Below, piece by piece: positions 28,638 through 42,948 of a stretch of DNA of 64,000 nt (the stretch's first letter is position 1; every line of letters starts with the position of its first letter). Source of the DNA: the human T2T-CHM13v2.0 reference genome, Homo sapiens. The DNA is taken from the NCBI RefSeq assembly GCF_009914755.1, contig NC_060948.1; one strand, given 5' to 3'. The notes under the pieces were generated by a model, which ran no database searches, was not told the origin of the DNA, and saw only the letters and a program-made list of their open reading frames with translations. A program made the position numbers and the translations under genes.

Positions 28638-31600
28638 GTCTCGAATTGAATGGAATCGTATGGAATGGAATCAAACGGAATGGAATGGACAGCCACGGAA
28701 TGGAATGCACTCGAATGCAATGGAGTTGAAACTAATGGACTGGAATAGAATGGACTCGACTGGTACGGACTCCAATGGAATGGAATCGAATGGAAGGGAA
28801 TCGAACGGAAGGGAATCGAACGGAATGGACTCGAAGGGAAAAGACTGCAATGGAAAGGTCTCGAATGGAATGGAAATTAATGGAATGGAATGGAATCGAA
28901 TGAAATGGAGTCAAAAGGAATGGAATCGAATGGCAAGAAATCGAATGTAATGGAATCGCCAGGAATTGATGTGAACGGAACGGAATGGAATGGAATCCAA
29001 AGGAATGGAATAGAATGGAATGGAATCGAATGGAAAGGACTCGAATGGAAATCACTCGAATAGAATGCAATTTAATAAAATAGGATCAAATGTAATGGAA
29101 TGGAATGGAAAGGAATCGAAACGAAAGGAATGGAGACAGATGGAATGGAATGGAACAGAGAGCAATGGTATAGAATGGAATGGAATCATCTGGAATGGAA
29201 TTGAATGGAATGGAATAATATGAAATGGAATGGAATGGAATGGAATGGAATGCCCTTGAATTAAATGGACTGGAATGGAATGGACTCAAACAGAGTGGAA
29301 TGGAAAGTGTGGAGATAGAATGGAATGAACTCCTTTGGAATGGTGTAGTATGCAATGCAATCGACTGGCAGGGAATCAAAAGGAATGTAATCGAATGGAT
29401 TGGACTGGAATGCAATGGACTCGAATAGATTGGAAACGGAATGCAAAGGAATGGAATGGAATAGTATGGAATGCAATGGAAGGGAATGGAGTGGAATAGA
29501 CTAGAGTGGAATGGAATGGACTGGAAAGCAATGGACTGGAATGGAACTTTCTTGGATGGACTGGAATCAAACGGAATGGAATGCAATGCAATCAAATGGC
29601 ATGGAATAAAATAGAATGAAAGAGAATCAAATGGAATTGAATCGAATGGAATCAAATGGATTGGAAAGGAATAGAATGGAATGGAATGGAATTGACTCAA
29701 ATGGAATGGACTAGAATGGAATGGATTCGAATGGAAGGCAAAGGAATGGAATCTATTGGAATGGACTGTAATGGAATGGAATGGAAGGGATTGGAATGGA
29801 CTCGAATGGAATGGACTGCAATAGAAAGGATTCGAATGGAATGAAAAAGAATTGAATGGAATAGAACAGAATGGAATCAAATCGAATGAAATGGAATGGA
29901 ATAGAAAGGAATGGAATGAAATGGAATGGAAAGGATTCGAATGGAATGCAATCGAATGGAATGGAATCGAACGGAATGGAATAAAATGGAAGAAAACTGG
30001 CAAGAAATGGAATCGAAATGAATGGAGTGTTATGGAACGGACTCAAAAGGAATTGAATGTAACAGAATGGAGTGGAGTGGAATCGAATATAATGGACTGG
30101 AATGGAATGAAATCACATGGAATGGGAACGAATGGAATGGAATGGAAAGGAATGGAATCGAATGGAAAGGAATCGAATGGAAGGGAATGAAATTGAATCA
30201 ACACGAATGGAAGGGAATAGAATAGACTGTAATGGAATGGACTCGAATAGAATGGACACGAATGCTCAAATTAAATGGACTCGAATGGAATGGAAACGAA
30301 AGGAATGTCATCGAATGGAATTGAATCGATTGGAATGACATCGCATAGAATGGAGTGGAATCAAATGGAATTGAATCCAAAGGAAAGGAAGCGAATGGAC
30401 TGAAATGAAATGGAATGGAATTGAATGGAAAGTAATGCAATGGAATAGAATGGAACGAAATTTCACGGAATGGAATCAAACTGAATGGAATCAAATCAAT
30501 GGAATCAAATCAAATGGAATGGAAAGGAATTGAATGGAGTAGATGGGATTGGATGGGATTGGAATGAAATGTACTGGAAAGGACTCGAATTTCATGAAAC
30601 GGAATGGAATGAATTGGAACGGAATGGACTCGAATGGAATGGAATGTCATGGGATGGCATCAAATGGAATGGCATCAAATGGAATGGAATCGAATGCAAT
30701 GGAATGCTATGGAAAGGAATGGAATGCATTGGAATGGAATGTCCTCTAATGGAATGGATTCGAGTGGAATGGAATTGAATATAATGGAGTCGAATGAAAT
30801 GGAATTGAAAGGAATGGGATCGAATACAATGGAATATACTGGAATGTAACGTAATGAACTCGAATGTAATTGACTGGAATGGAATGTACATGAATGGAAT
30901 GTAATCGAATGGAAAGTAATCCAATGGAATAGAATCTAATGCAATAAAATCGACTCAGATAGAGTAGAATGTAATGGAATGGAGTGCAGTGCAATGGAAT
31001 GGAATGGAATGGAATGCAATGGAATGGAATGGAATGGAATGGAATGGAATGGAATGGAATGGAATGGAATGGGATGGAATGGTATGGAATGGATAGTAAT
31101 GGACTGGAGTGAAATGGACTGGAAAGGAATGGACTCAAATTGAAAGGGCTCGAAAGGAATGGAGTCCAATGGAATGGTCTGGAATGGAATGAACACGAAT
31201 GTAATGCAACCCAATAGAATGGAATCGAATGACATGGAATATAAAGAAATGGAATCGAAGAGAATGGAAACAAATGGAATGGAATTGAATGGAATGGAAT
31301 TGAATGGAATGGGAACGAATGGAGTGAAATTGTATGCAGTAGAAGAGAATAGAATGGAATGCAAGCGAAAGGAAAGGAATGGATTGGAATGGAATGGAAT
31401 TCATTGGAATGGAAGGGAATGTAGTGTAATGGACAGGCCTGGAATAAAGTGGAATGCTACGGTCTCGAATGGAATAAAAATGTATGGAATGGAATGCAAT
31501 GAAACGGAATCGAATGTCATAGAATGTAATGGAATGCAAAAAAATGGAATCCAAAATCATTGACTGGAAAGGCTGGGTGTCGAAAGGAATTGACTCCAAT

Positions 31601-32226
31601 GGAATGGAATCGAATGGAATGGAAGTGAATAGAATCGAACTAAATCGAATGGAATGGAATTGATAGGAACGGAATGGAAAGGAATGCAATGATTTGGCAT
31701 GGAATGGAATCGAATGGCATCGAATGGAATGGAATGGAATGCAATGGAATGGAATGTATTAGAATGTAATGAACTTTAATGGAATGTACTCGAATGGATT
31801 CGACTGGAATGGAATGTTCTGGAAGTGAATGGACTCCAATGGAATGGATTCAAAAGGAATGGAATCGTACGGAATGGAATCTAATGGAATGGAATTAAAT
31901 GGAAATGAATCAAATTGAATAGCACGGAATTGAATTGAATGGAATGGAATGCAATGGAATCTAATGAAACGGAAAGGAAAGGAATGGAATGGAATGGAAT
32001 GGGCTGGAATGGAAAGGAATCGAAACGAATGGAATGGAATCGAAGTGAAGAGACTGGAATGGAATTCACTGGAATGGAAGGGGGTGTAATGGAAGGTTCT
32101 CGAAAAAAATGGAATCGAATGGAATGGAATTGAATGGAACGGAATAGAGTCGAATGGAATTGAATGGAATGGAATGGACTAGAGTGAAATGGAATCGAAC
32201 CACAAGGAATGGACAGGAATAGAATG
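28638..32226 (+). repeat. DYZ1 unit 9 (3589 bp, A-type)
   Basis: Landmark recurrence. Confidence 0.93.
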
Positions 32227-35200
32227 GTCTCGAATTGAATGGAATCGTATGGAATGGCATCAAACGGAATGGAATGGACAGCCACGGAATGGAATGCACT
32301 CGAATGCAATGGAGTCGAAACTAATGGACTGGAATAGAATGGACTCGACTGGTACGGACTCCAATGGAATGGAATCGAATGGAAGGGAATCGAACGGAAG
32401 GGAATCGAACGGAATGGACTCGAAGGGAAAAGACTGCAATGGAAAGGTCTCGAATGGAATGGAAATTAATGGAATGGAATGGAATCGAATGAAATGGAGT
32501 CAAAAGGAATGGAATCGAATGGCAAGAAATCGAATGTAATGGAATCGCAAGGAATTGATGTGAACGGAACGGAATGGAATGGAATCCAAAGGAATGGAAT
32601 AGAATGGAATGGAATCGAATGGAAAGGACTCGAATGGAAATCACTCGAATAGAATGCAATTTAATAAAATAGGATCAAATGTAATGGAATGGAATGGAAA
32701 GGAATCGAAACGAAAGGAATGGAGACAGATGGAATGGAATGGAACAGAGAGCAATGGTATAGAATGGAATGGAATCATCTGGAATGGAATTGAATGGAAT
32801 GGAATAATATGAAATGGAATGGAATGGAATGGAATGGAATGCCCTTGAATTAAATGGACTGGAATGGAATGGACTCAAACAGAGTGGAATGGAAAGTGTG
32901 GAGATAGAATGGAATGAACTCCTTTGGAATGGTGTAGTATGCAATGCAATCGACTGGCAGGGAATCAAAAGGAATGTAATCGAATGGATTGGACTGGAAT
33001 GCAATGGACTCGAATAGATTGGAAACGGAATGCAAAGGAATGGAATGGAATAGTATGGAATGCAATGGAAGGGAATGGAGTGGAATAGACTAGAGTGGAA
33101 TGGAATGGACTGGAAAGCAATGGACTGGAATGGAACTTTCTTGGATGGACTGGAATCAAACGGAATGGAATGCAATGCAATCAAATGGCATGGAATAAAA
33201 TAGAATGAAAGAGAATCAAATGGAATTGAATCGAATGGAATCGAATGGATTGGAAAGGAATAGAATGGAATGGAATGGAAATGACTCAAATGGAATGGAC
33301 TAGAATGGAATGGATTCGAATGGAAGGCAAAGGAATGGAATCTATTGGAATGGACTGTAATGGAATGGAATGGAAGGGATTGGAATGGACTCGAATGGAA
33401 TGGACTGCAATAGAAAGGATTCGAATGGAATGAAAAAGAATTGAATGGAATAGAACAGAATGGAATCAAATCGAATGAAATGGAATGGAATTGAAAGGAA
33501 TGGAATGAAATGGAATGGAAAGGATTCGAATGGAATGCAATCGAATGGAATGGAATCGAACGGAATGGAATAAAATGGAAGAAAACTGGCAAGAAATGGA
33601 ATCGAAATGAATGGAGTGTTATGGAACGGACTCAAAAGGAATTGAATGTAATAGAATGGAGTGGAGTGGACTCGAATATAATGGACTGGAATGGAATGAA
33701 ATCACATGGAATGGGAACGAATGGAATGGAATGGAAAGGAATGGAATCGAATGGAAAGGAATCGAATGGAAGGGAATGAAACTGAATCAACAGGAATGGA
33801 AGGGAATAGAATAGACGGTAATGGAATGGACTCGAATAGAATGGACACGAATGCTCAAATTGAATGGACTCGAATGGAATGGAAACGAAAGGAATGTCAT
33901 CGAATGGAATTGAATCGATTGGAATGAAATCGCATAGAATGGAGTGGAATCAAATGGAATTGAATCGAAAGGAAAGGAAGCGAATGGACTGAAATGAAAT
34001 GGAATGGAATTGAATGGAAAGTAATGCAATGGAATAGAATGGAACGAAATTTCACGGAATGGAATCAAACTGAATGGAATCAAATCAATGGAATCAAATC
34101 AAATGGAATGTAAATGAATTGAATGGAGTAGATGGGATTGGATGGGATTGGAATGAAATGTACTGGAAAGGACTCGAATTCCATGAAACGGAATGGAATG
34201 AATTGGAACGGAATGGACTCGAATGGAATGGAATGTCATGGGATGGCATCAAATGTAATGGCATCAAATGGAATGGAATCGAATGCAATGGAATGCTATG
34301 GAATGGAATGGAATACATTGGAATGGAATGTCCTCTAATGGAATGGATTCGAGTGGAATGGAATTGAATATAATGGAGTCGAATGAAATGGAATTGAAAG
34401 GAATGGGATCGAATACAATGGAATATACTGGAATGTAACGTAATGAACTCGAATGTAATTGACTGGAATGGAATGTACATGAATGGAATGTAATCGAATG
34501 GAAAGTAATCCAATGGAATAGAATCTAATGCAATAAAATCGACTCAGATAGAGTAGAATGTAATGGAATGGAGTGCAGTGCAATGGAATGGAATGGAATG
34601 GAATGCAATGGAATGGAATGGAACGGAATGGAATGGAATGGAATGGAATGGAATGGGATGGAATGGTATGGAATGGATAGTAATGGACTGGAGTGAAATG
34701 GACTGGAAAGGGATGGACTCAAATTGAAAGGTCTCGAAAGGAATGGAGTCAAATGGAGTGGTCTGGAATGGAATGAACACGAATGTAATGCAACCCAATA
34801 GAATGGAATCGAATGGCATGGAATATAAAGAAATGGAATCGAAGAGAATGGAAACAAATGGAATGGAATTGAATGGAATGGAATTGAATGGAATGGGAAC
34901 GAATGGAGTGAAATTGTATGCAGTAGAAGAGAATAGAATGGAATGCAAGCGAAAGGAAAGGAATGGATTGGAATGGAATGGAATTCATTGGAATGGAAGG
35001 GAATGTAGTGTAATGGACAGGCCTGGAATAAAGTGGAATGCTACGGTCTCGAATGGAATAAAAATGTATGGAATGGAATGCAATGAAACGGAATCGAATG
35101 TCATAGAATGTAATGGAATGCAAAAAAATGGAATCCAAAATCATTGACTGGAAAGGCTGGGTGTCGAAAGGAATTGACTCCAATGGAATGGAATCGAATG

Positions 35201-35810
35201 GAATGGAAGTGAATAGAATCGAACTAAATCGAATGGAATGGAATTGATAGGAACGGAATGGAAAGGAATGCAATGATTTGGCATGGAATGGAATCGAATG
35301 GCATCGAATGGAATGGAATGGAATGCAATGGAATGGAATGTATTAGAATGTAATGAACTTTAATGGAATGTACTCGAATGGATTCGACTGGAATGGAATG
35401 TTCTGGAAGTGAATGGACTCCAATGGAATGGATTCAAAAGGAATGGAATCGTACGGAATGGAATCTAATGGAATGGAATTAAATGGAAATGAATCAAATT
35501 GAATAGCACGGAATTGAATTGAATGGAATGGAATGCAATGGAATCTAATGAAACGGAAAGGAAAGGAATGGAATGGAATGGAATGGGCTGGAATGGAAAG
35601 GAATCGAAACGAATGGAATGGAATCGAACTGAAGAGACTGGAATGGAATGCACTGGAATGGAAGGGAGTGTAATGGAAGGTTCTCGAAAAAAATGGAATC
35701 GAATGGAATGGAATTGAATGGAACGGAATAGAGTCGAATGGAATTGAATGGAATGGAATGGACTAGAGTGAAATGGAATCGAACCACAAGGAATGGACAG
35801 GAATAGAATG
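32227..35810 (+). repeat. DYZ1 unit 10 (3584 bp, A-type)
   Basis: Landmark recurrence. Confidence 0.93.
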
Positions 35811-38800
35811 GTCTCGAATTGAATGGAATCGTATGGAATGGCATCAAACGGAATGGAATGGACAGCCACGGAATGGAATGCACTCGAATGCAATGGAGTC
35901 GAAACTAATGGACTGGAATAGAATGGACTCGACTGGTACGGACTCCAATGGAATGGAATCGAATGGAAGGGAATCGAACGGAATGGACTCGAAGGGAAAA
36001 GACTGCAATGGAAAGGTCTCGAATGGAATGGAAATTAATGGAATGGAATGGAATCGAATGAAATGGAGTCAGAAGGAATGGAATCGAATGGCAAGAAATC
36101 GAATGTAATGGAACCGCAAGGAATTGATGTGAACGGAACGGAATGGAATGGAATCCAAAGGAATGGAATAGAATGGAATGGAATCGAATGGAAAGGACTC
36201 GAATGGAAATCACTCGAATAGAATGCAATTTAATAAAATAGGATCAAATGTAATGGAATGGAATGGAAAGGAATCGAAACGAAAGGAATGGAGACAGATG
36301 GAATGGAATGGAACAGAGAGCAATGGTATAGAATGGAATGGAATCATCTGGAATGGAATTGAATGGAATGGAATAATATGAAATGGAATGGAATGGAATG
36401 GAATGGAATGCCCTTGAATTAAATGGACTGGACTCGAACAGAGTGGAATGGAAAGTGTTGAGATAGAATGGAATGGACTCCTTTGGAATGGTGTAGTATG
36501 CAATGCAATCGACTGGCAGGGAATCAAAAGGAATGTAATCGAATGGATTGGACTGGAATGCAATGGACTCGAATAGATTGGAAACGGAATGCAAAGGAAT
36601 GGAATGGAATAGTATGGAATGGAATGGAAAGGAATGGAGTGGAATAGACTAGAGTGGAATGGAATGGACTGGAAAGCAATGGACTGGAATGGAACATTCT
36701 TGAATGGACTGGAATCAAACGGAATGGAATGCAATGCAATCAAATGGCATGGAATAAAATAGAATGAAAGAGAATCAAATGGAATTGAATCGAATGGAAT
36801 CGAATGGATTGGAAAGGAATAGAATGGAATGGAATGGAATTGACTCAAATGGAATGGACTAGAATGGAATGGATTCGAATGGAAGGCAAAGGAATGGAAT
36901 CTATTGGAATGGACTGTAATGGAATGGAATGGAAGGGATTGGAATGGACTCGAATGGAATGGACTGCAATAGAAAGGATTCGAATGGAATGAAAAAGAAT
37001 TGAATGGAATAGAACAGAATGGAATCAAATCGAATGAAATGGAATGGAATAGAAAGGAATGGAATGAAATGGAATGGAAAGGATTCGAATGGAATGCAAT
37101 CGAATGGAATGGAATCGAACGGAATGGAATAAAATGGAAGAAAACTGGCAAGAAATGGAATCGAAATGAATGGAGTGTTATGGAAGGGACTCAAAAGGAA
37201 TTGAATGTAATAGAATGGAGTGGAGTGGACTCGAATATAATGGACTGGAATGGAATGAAATCACATGGAATGGGAACGAATGGAATGGAATGGAAAGGAA
37301 TGGAATCGAATGGAAAGGAATCGAATGGAAGGGAATGAAACTGAATCAACAGGAATGGAAGGGAATAGAATAGACGGTAATGGAATGGACTCGAATAGAA
37401 TGGACACGAATGCTCAAATTGAATGGACTCGAATGGAATGGAAACGAAAGGAATGTCATCGAATGGAATTGAATCGATTGGAATGAAATCGCATAGAATG
37501 GAGTGGAATCAAATGGAATTGAATCGAAAGGAAAGGAAGCGAATGGACTGAAATGAAATGGAATGGAATTGAATGGAAAGTAATGCAATGGAATAGAATG
37601 GAACGAAATTTCACGGAATGGAATCAAACTGAATGGAATCAAATCAATGGAATCAAATCAAATGGAATGGAAAGGAATTGAATGGAGTAGATGGGATTGG
37701 ATGGGATTGGAATGAAATGTACTGGAAAGGACTCGAATTTCATGAAACGGAATGGAATGAATTGGAACGGAATGGACTCGAATGGAATGGAATGTCATGG
37801 AATGGCATCAAATGGAATGGCATCAAATGGAATGGAATCGAATGCAATGGAATGCTATGGAATGGAATGGAATGCATTGGAATGGAATGTCCTCTAATGG
37901 AATGGATTCGAGTGGAATGGAATTGAATATAATGGAGTCGAATGAAATGGAATTGAAAGGAATGGGATCGAATACAATGGAATATACTGGAATGTAACGT
38001 AATGAACTCGAATGTAATTGACTGGAATGGAATGTACATGAATGGAATGTAATCGAATGGAAAGTAATCCAATGGAATAGAATCTAATGCAATAAAATCG
38101 ACTCAGATAGAGTAGAATGTAATGGAATGGAGTGCAGTGCAATGGAATGGAATGGAATGGAATGCAATGGAATGGAATGGAACGGAATGGAATGGAATGG
38201 AATGGATTGGAATGGAATGGGATGGAATGGTATGGAATGGATAGTAATGGACTGGAGTGAAATGGACTGGAAAGGAATGGACTCAAATTGAAAGGGCTCG
38301 AAAGGAATGGAGTCAAATGGAATGGTCTGGAATGGAATGAACACGAATGTAATGCAACCCAATAGAATGGAATCGAATGGCATGGAATATAAAGAAATGG
38401 AATCGAAGAGAATGGAAACAAATGGAATGGAATTGAATGGAATGGAATTGAATGGAATGGGAACGAATGGAGTGAAATTGTATGCAGTAGAAGAGAATAG
38501 AATGGAATGCAAGCGAAAGGAAAGGAATGGATTGGAATGGAATGGAATTCATTGGAATGGAAGGGAATGTAGTGTAATGGACAGGCCTGGAATAAAGTGG
38601 AATGCTACGGTCTCGAATGGAATAAAAATGTATGGAATGGAATGCAATGAAACGGAATCGAATGTCATAGAATGTAATGGAATGCAAAAAAATGGAATCC
38701 AAAATCATTGACTGGAAAGGCTGGGTGTCGAAAGGAATTGACTCCAATGGAATGGAATCGAATGGAATGGAAGTGAATAGAATCGAACTAAATCGAATGG

Positions 38801-39374
38801 AATGGAATTGATAGGAACGGAATGGAAAGGAATGCAATGATTTGGCATGGAATGGAATCGAATGGCATCGAATGGAATGGAATGGAATGCAATGGAATGG
38901 AATGTATTAGAATGTAATGAACTTTAATGGAATGTACTCGAATGGATTCGACTGGAATGGAATGTTCTGGAAGTGAATGGACTCCAATGGAATGGATTCA
39001 AAAGGAATGGAATCGTACGGAATGGAATCTAATGGAATGGAATTAAATGGAAATGAATCAAATTGAATAGCACGGAATTGAATTGAATGGAATCGAATGA
39101 AGTGGAATCTAATGAAACGGAAAGGAAAGGAATGGAATGGAATGGAATGGGCTGGAATGGAAAGGAATCGAAACGAATGGAATGGAATCGAACTGAAGAG
39201 ACTGGAATGGAATGCACTGGAATGGAAGGGAGTGTAATGGAAGGTTCTCGAAAAAAATGGAATCGAATGGAATGGAATTGAATGGAACGGAATAGAGTCG
39301 AATGGAATTGAATGGAATGGAATGGACTAGAGTGAAATGGAATCGAACCACAAGGAATGGACAGGAATAGAATG
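35811..39374 (+). repeat. DYZ1 unit 11 (3564 bp, B-type)
   Basis: Landmark recurrence; CTCGAACAG/GTGTTGAG markers; 15-bp and 10-bp deletions. Confidence 0.93.
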
Positions 39375-42300
39375 GTCTCGAATTGAATGGAATCGTATGG
39401 AATGGCATCAAACGGAATGGAATGGACAGCCACGGAATGGAATGCACTCGAATGCAATGGAGTCGAAACTAATGGACTGGAATAGAATGGACTCGACTGG
39501 TACGGACTCCAATGGAATGGAATCGAATGGAAGGGAATCGAACGGAATGGACTCGAAGGGAAAAGACTGCAATGGAAAGGTCTCGAATGGAATGGAAATT
39601 AATGGAATGGAATGGAATCGAATGAAATGGAGTCAAAAGGAATGGAATCGAATGGCAAGAAATCGAATGTAATGGAATCGCAAGGAATTGATGTGAACGG
39701 AACGGAATGGAATGGAATCCAAAGGAATGGAATAGAATGGAATGGAATCGAATGGAAAGGACTCGAATGGAAATCACTCGAATAGAATGCAATTTAATAA
39801 AATAGGATCAAATGTAATGGAATGGAATGGAAAGGAATCGAAACGAAAGGAATGGAGACAGATGGAATGGAATGGAACAGAGAGCAATGGTATAGAATGG
39901 AATGGAATCATCTGGAATGGAATTGAATGGAATGGAATAATATGAAATGGAATGGAATGGAATGGAATGGAATGCCCTTGAATTAAATGGACTGCAATGG
40001 AATGGACTCGAACAGAGTGGAATGGAAAGTGTTGAGATAGAATGGAATGGACTCTTTTGGAATGGTCTAGTATGCAATGCAATCGACTGGCAGGGAATCA
40101 AAAGGAATGTAATCGAATGGATTAGACCGGAATGCAATGGACTCGAATAGATTGGAAACGGAATGCAAAGGAATGGAATGGAATAGTATGGAATGGAATG
40201 GAAAGGAATGGAGTGGAATAGACTAGAGTGGAATGGAATGGACTGGAAAGCAATGGACTGGAATGGAACTTTCTTGAATGGACTGGAATCAAACGGAATG
40301 GAATGCAATGCAATCAAATGGCATGGAATAAAATAGAATGAAAGAGAATCAAATGGAATTGAATCGAATGGAATCGAATGGATTGGAAAGGAATAGAATG
40401 GAATGGAATGGAATTGACTCAAATGGAATGGACTAGAATGGAATGGATTCGAATGGAAGGCAAAGGAATGGAATCTATTGGAATGGACTGTAATGGAATG
40501 GAATGGAAGGGATTGGAATGGACTCGAATGGAATGGACTGCAATAGAAAGGATTCGAATGGAATGAAAAAGAATTGAATGGAATAGAACAGAATGGAATC
40601 AAATCGAATGAAATGGAATGGAATAGAAAGGAATGGAATGAAATGGAATGGAAAGGATTCGAATGGAATGCAATCGAATGGAATGGAATCGAACGGAATG
40701 GAATAAAATGGAAGAAAACTGGCAAGAAATGGAATCGAAATGAATGGAGTGTTATGGAACGGACTCAAAAGGAATTGAATGTAATAGAATGGAGTGGAGT
40801 GGACTCGAATATAATGGACTGGAATGGAATGAAATCACATGGAATGGGAACGAATGGAATGGAATGGAAAGGAATGGAATCGAATGGAAAGGAATCGAAT
40901 GGAAGGGAATGAAATTGAATCAACAGGAATGGAAGGGAATAGAATAGACGGTAATGGAATGGACTCGAATAGAATGGACACGAATGCTCAAATTGAATGG
41001 ACTCGAATGGAATGGAAACGAAAGGAATGTCATCGAATGGAATTGAATCGATTGGAATGAAATCGCATAGAATGGAGTGGAATCAAATGGAATTGAATCG
41101 AAAGGAAAGGAAGCGAAAGGACTGAAATGAAATGGAATGGAATTGAATGGAAAGTAATGCAATGGAATAGAATGGAACGAAATTTCACGGAATGGAATCA
41201 AACTGAATGGAATCAAATCAATGGAATCAAATCAAATGGAATGGAAAGGAATTGAATGGAGTAGATTGGATTGGATGGGATTGGAATGAAATGTACTGGA
41301 AAGGACTCGAATTTCATGAAACGGAATGGAATGAATTGGAACGGAATGGACTCGAATGGAATGGAATGTCATGGAATGGCATCAAATGGAATGGCATCAA
41401 ATGGAATGGAATCGAATGCAATGGAATGCTATGGGATGGAATGGAATGCATTGGAATGGAATGTCCTCTAATGGAATGGATTCGAGTGGAATGGAATCGA
41501 ATATAATGGAGTCGAATGAAAAGGAAATGAAAGGAATGGGATCGAATACAATGGAATATACTGGAATGTAATGTAATGAACTCGAATGTAATTGACTGGA
41601 ATGGAATGTACATGAATGGAATGTAATCGAATGGAAAGTAATCCAATGGAATAGAATCTAATGCAATAAAATCGACACAGATAGAGTAGAATGTAATGGA
41701 ATGGAGTGCAGTGCAATGGAATGGAATGGAATGGAATGCAATGGAATGGAATGGAATGGAATGGAATGGAATGGAATGGAATGGAATGGGATGGAATGGT
41801 ATGGAATGGATAGTAATGGTCTGGAATGAAATGGACTGGAAAAGAATGGACTCAAATTGAAAGGGCTCGAAAGCAATGGAGTCAAATGGAATGGTCTGGA
41901 ATGGAATGAACACGAATGTAATGCAATCCAATAGAATGGAATCGAATGGCATGGAATATAAAGAAATGGAATCGAAGAGAATGGAAACAAATGGAATGGA
42001 ATTGAATGGAATGGAATTGAATGGAATGGGAAGGAATGGAGTGAAATTGTATGCAGTAGAAGAGAATAGAATGGAATGCAAGCGAAAGGAAAGGAATGGA
42101 TTGCAATGGAATGGAATTCATTGAAATGGAAGGAAATGTAGTGTAATGGACAGGCCTGGAATAAAGTGGAATGCTACGGTCTCGAATGGAATAAAAATGT
42201 ATGGAATGGAATGCAATGAAACGGAATCGAATGTCATAGAATGTAATGGAATGCAAAAAAATGGAATCCAAAATCATTGACTGGAAAGGCTGGGTGTCGA

Positions 42301-42948
42301 AAGGAATTGACTCCAATGGAATGGAATCGAATGGAATGGAATCGAATGGAATGGAAGTGAATAGAATCGAACTAAATCGAATGGAATGGAATTGATAGGA
42401 ACGGAATGGAAAGGAATGCAATGATTTGGCATGGAATGGAATCGAATGGCATCGAATGGAATGGAATGGAATGGAATGTATTAGAATGTAATGAACATTA
42501 ATGGAATGTACTCGAATGGATTCGACTGGAATGGAATGTTCTGGAAGTGAATGGACTCCAATGGAATGGATTCGAAAGGAATGGAATCGAACGGAATGGA
42601 ATCTAATGGAATGGAATTAAATGGAAATGAATCAAATTGAATAGCACGGAATTGAATTGAATGGAATCGAATGCAATGGAATCTAATGAAACGGAAAGGA
42701 AAGGAATGGAATGGAATGGAATGGGCTGGAATGGAAAGGAATCGAAACGAATGGAATGGAATCGAACTGAAGAGACTGGAATGGAATGCACTGGAATGGA
42801 AGGGATTGTAATGGAAGGTTCTCGAAAATAATGGAAGCAAATGGAATGGAATTGAATGGAACGGAATAGAGTCGAATGGAATTGAATGGAATGGAATGGA
42901 CTAGAGTGAAATGGAATCGAACCACAAGGAATGGACAGGAATAGAATG
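39375..42948 (+). repeat. DYZ1 unit 12 (3574 bp, B-type)
   Basis: Landmark recurrence. Confidence 0.93.
40265..40279. promoter_or_regulatory. Third perfect HSE motif (gGAAc tTTCt tGAAt), only in units 11, 12, 13, 15 and 16
   Basis: Also at 36691, 43849, 50946 and 54535; the other units read ...tTTCt tGGAt. Confidence 0.5.
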
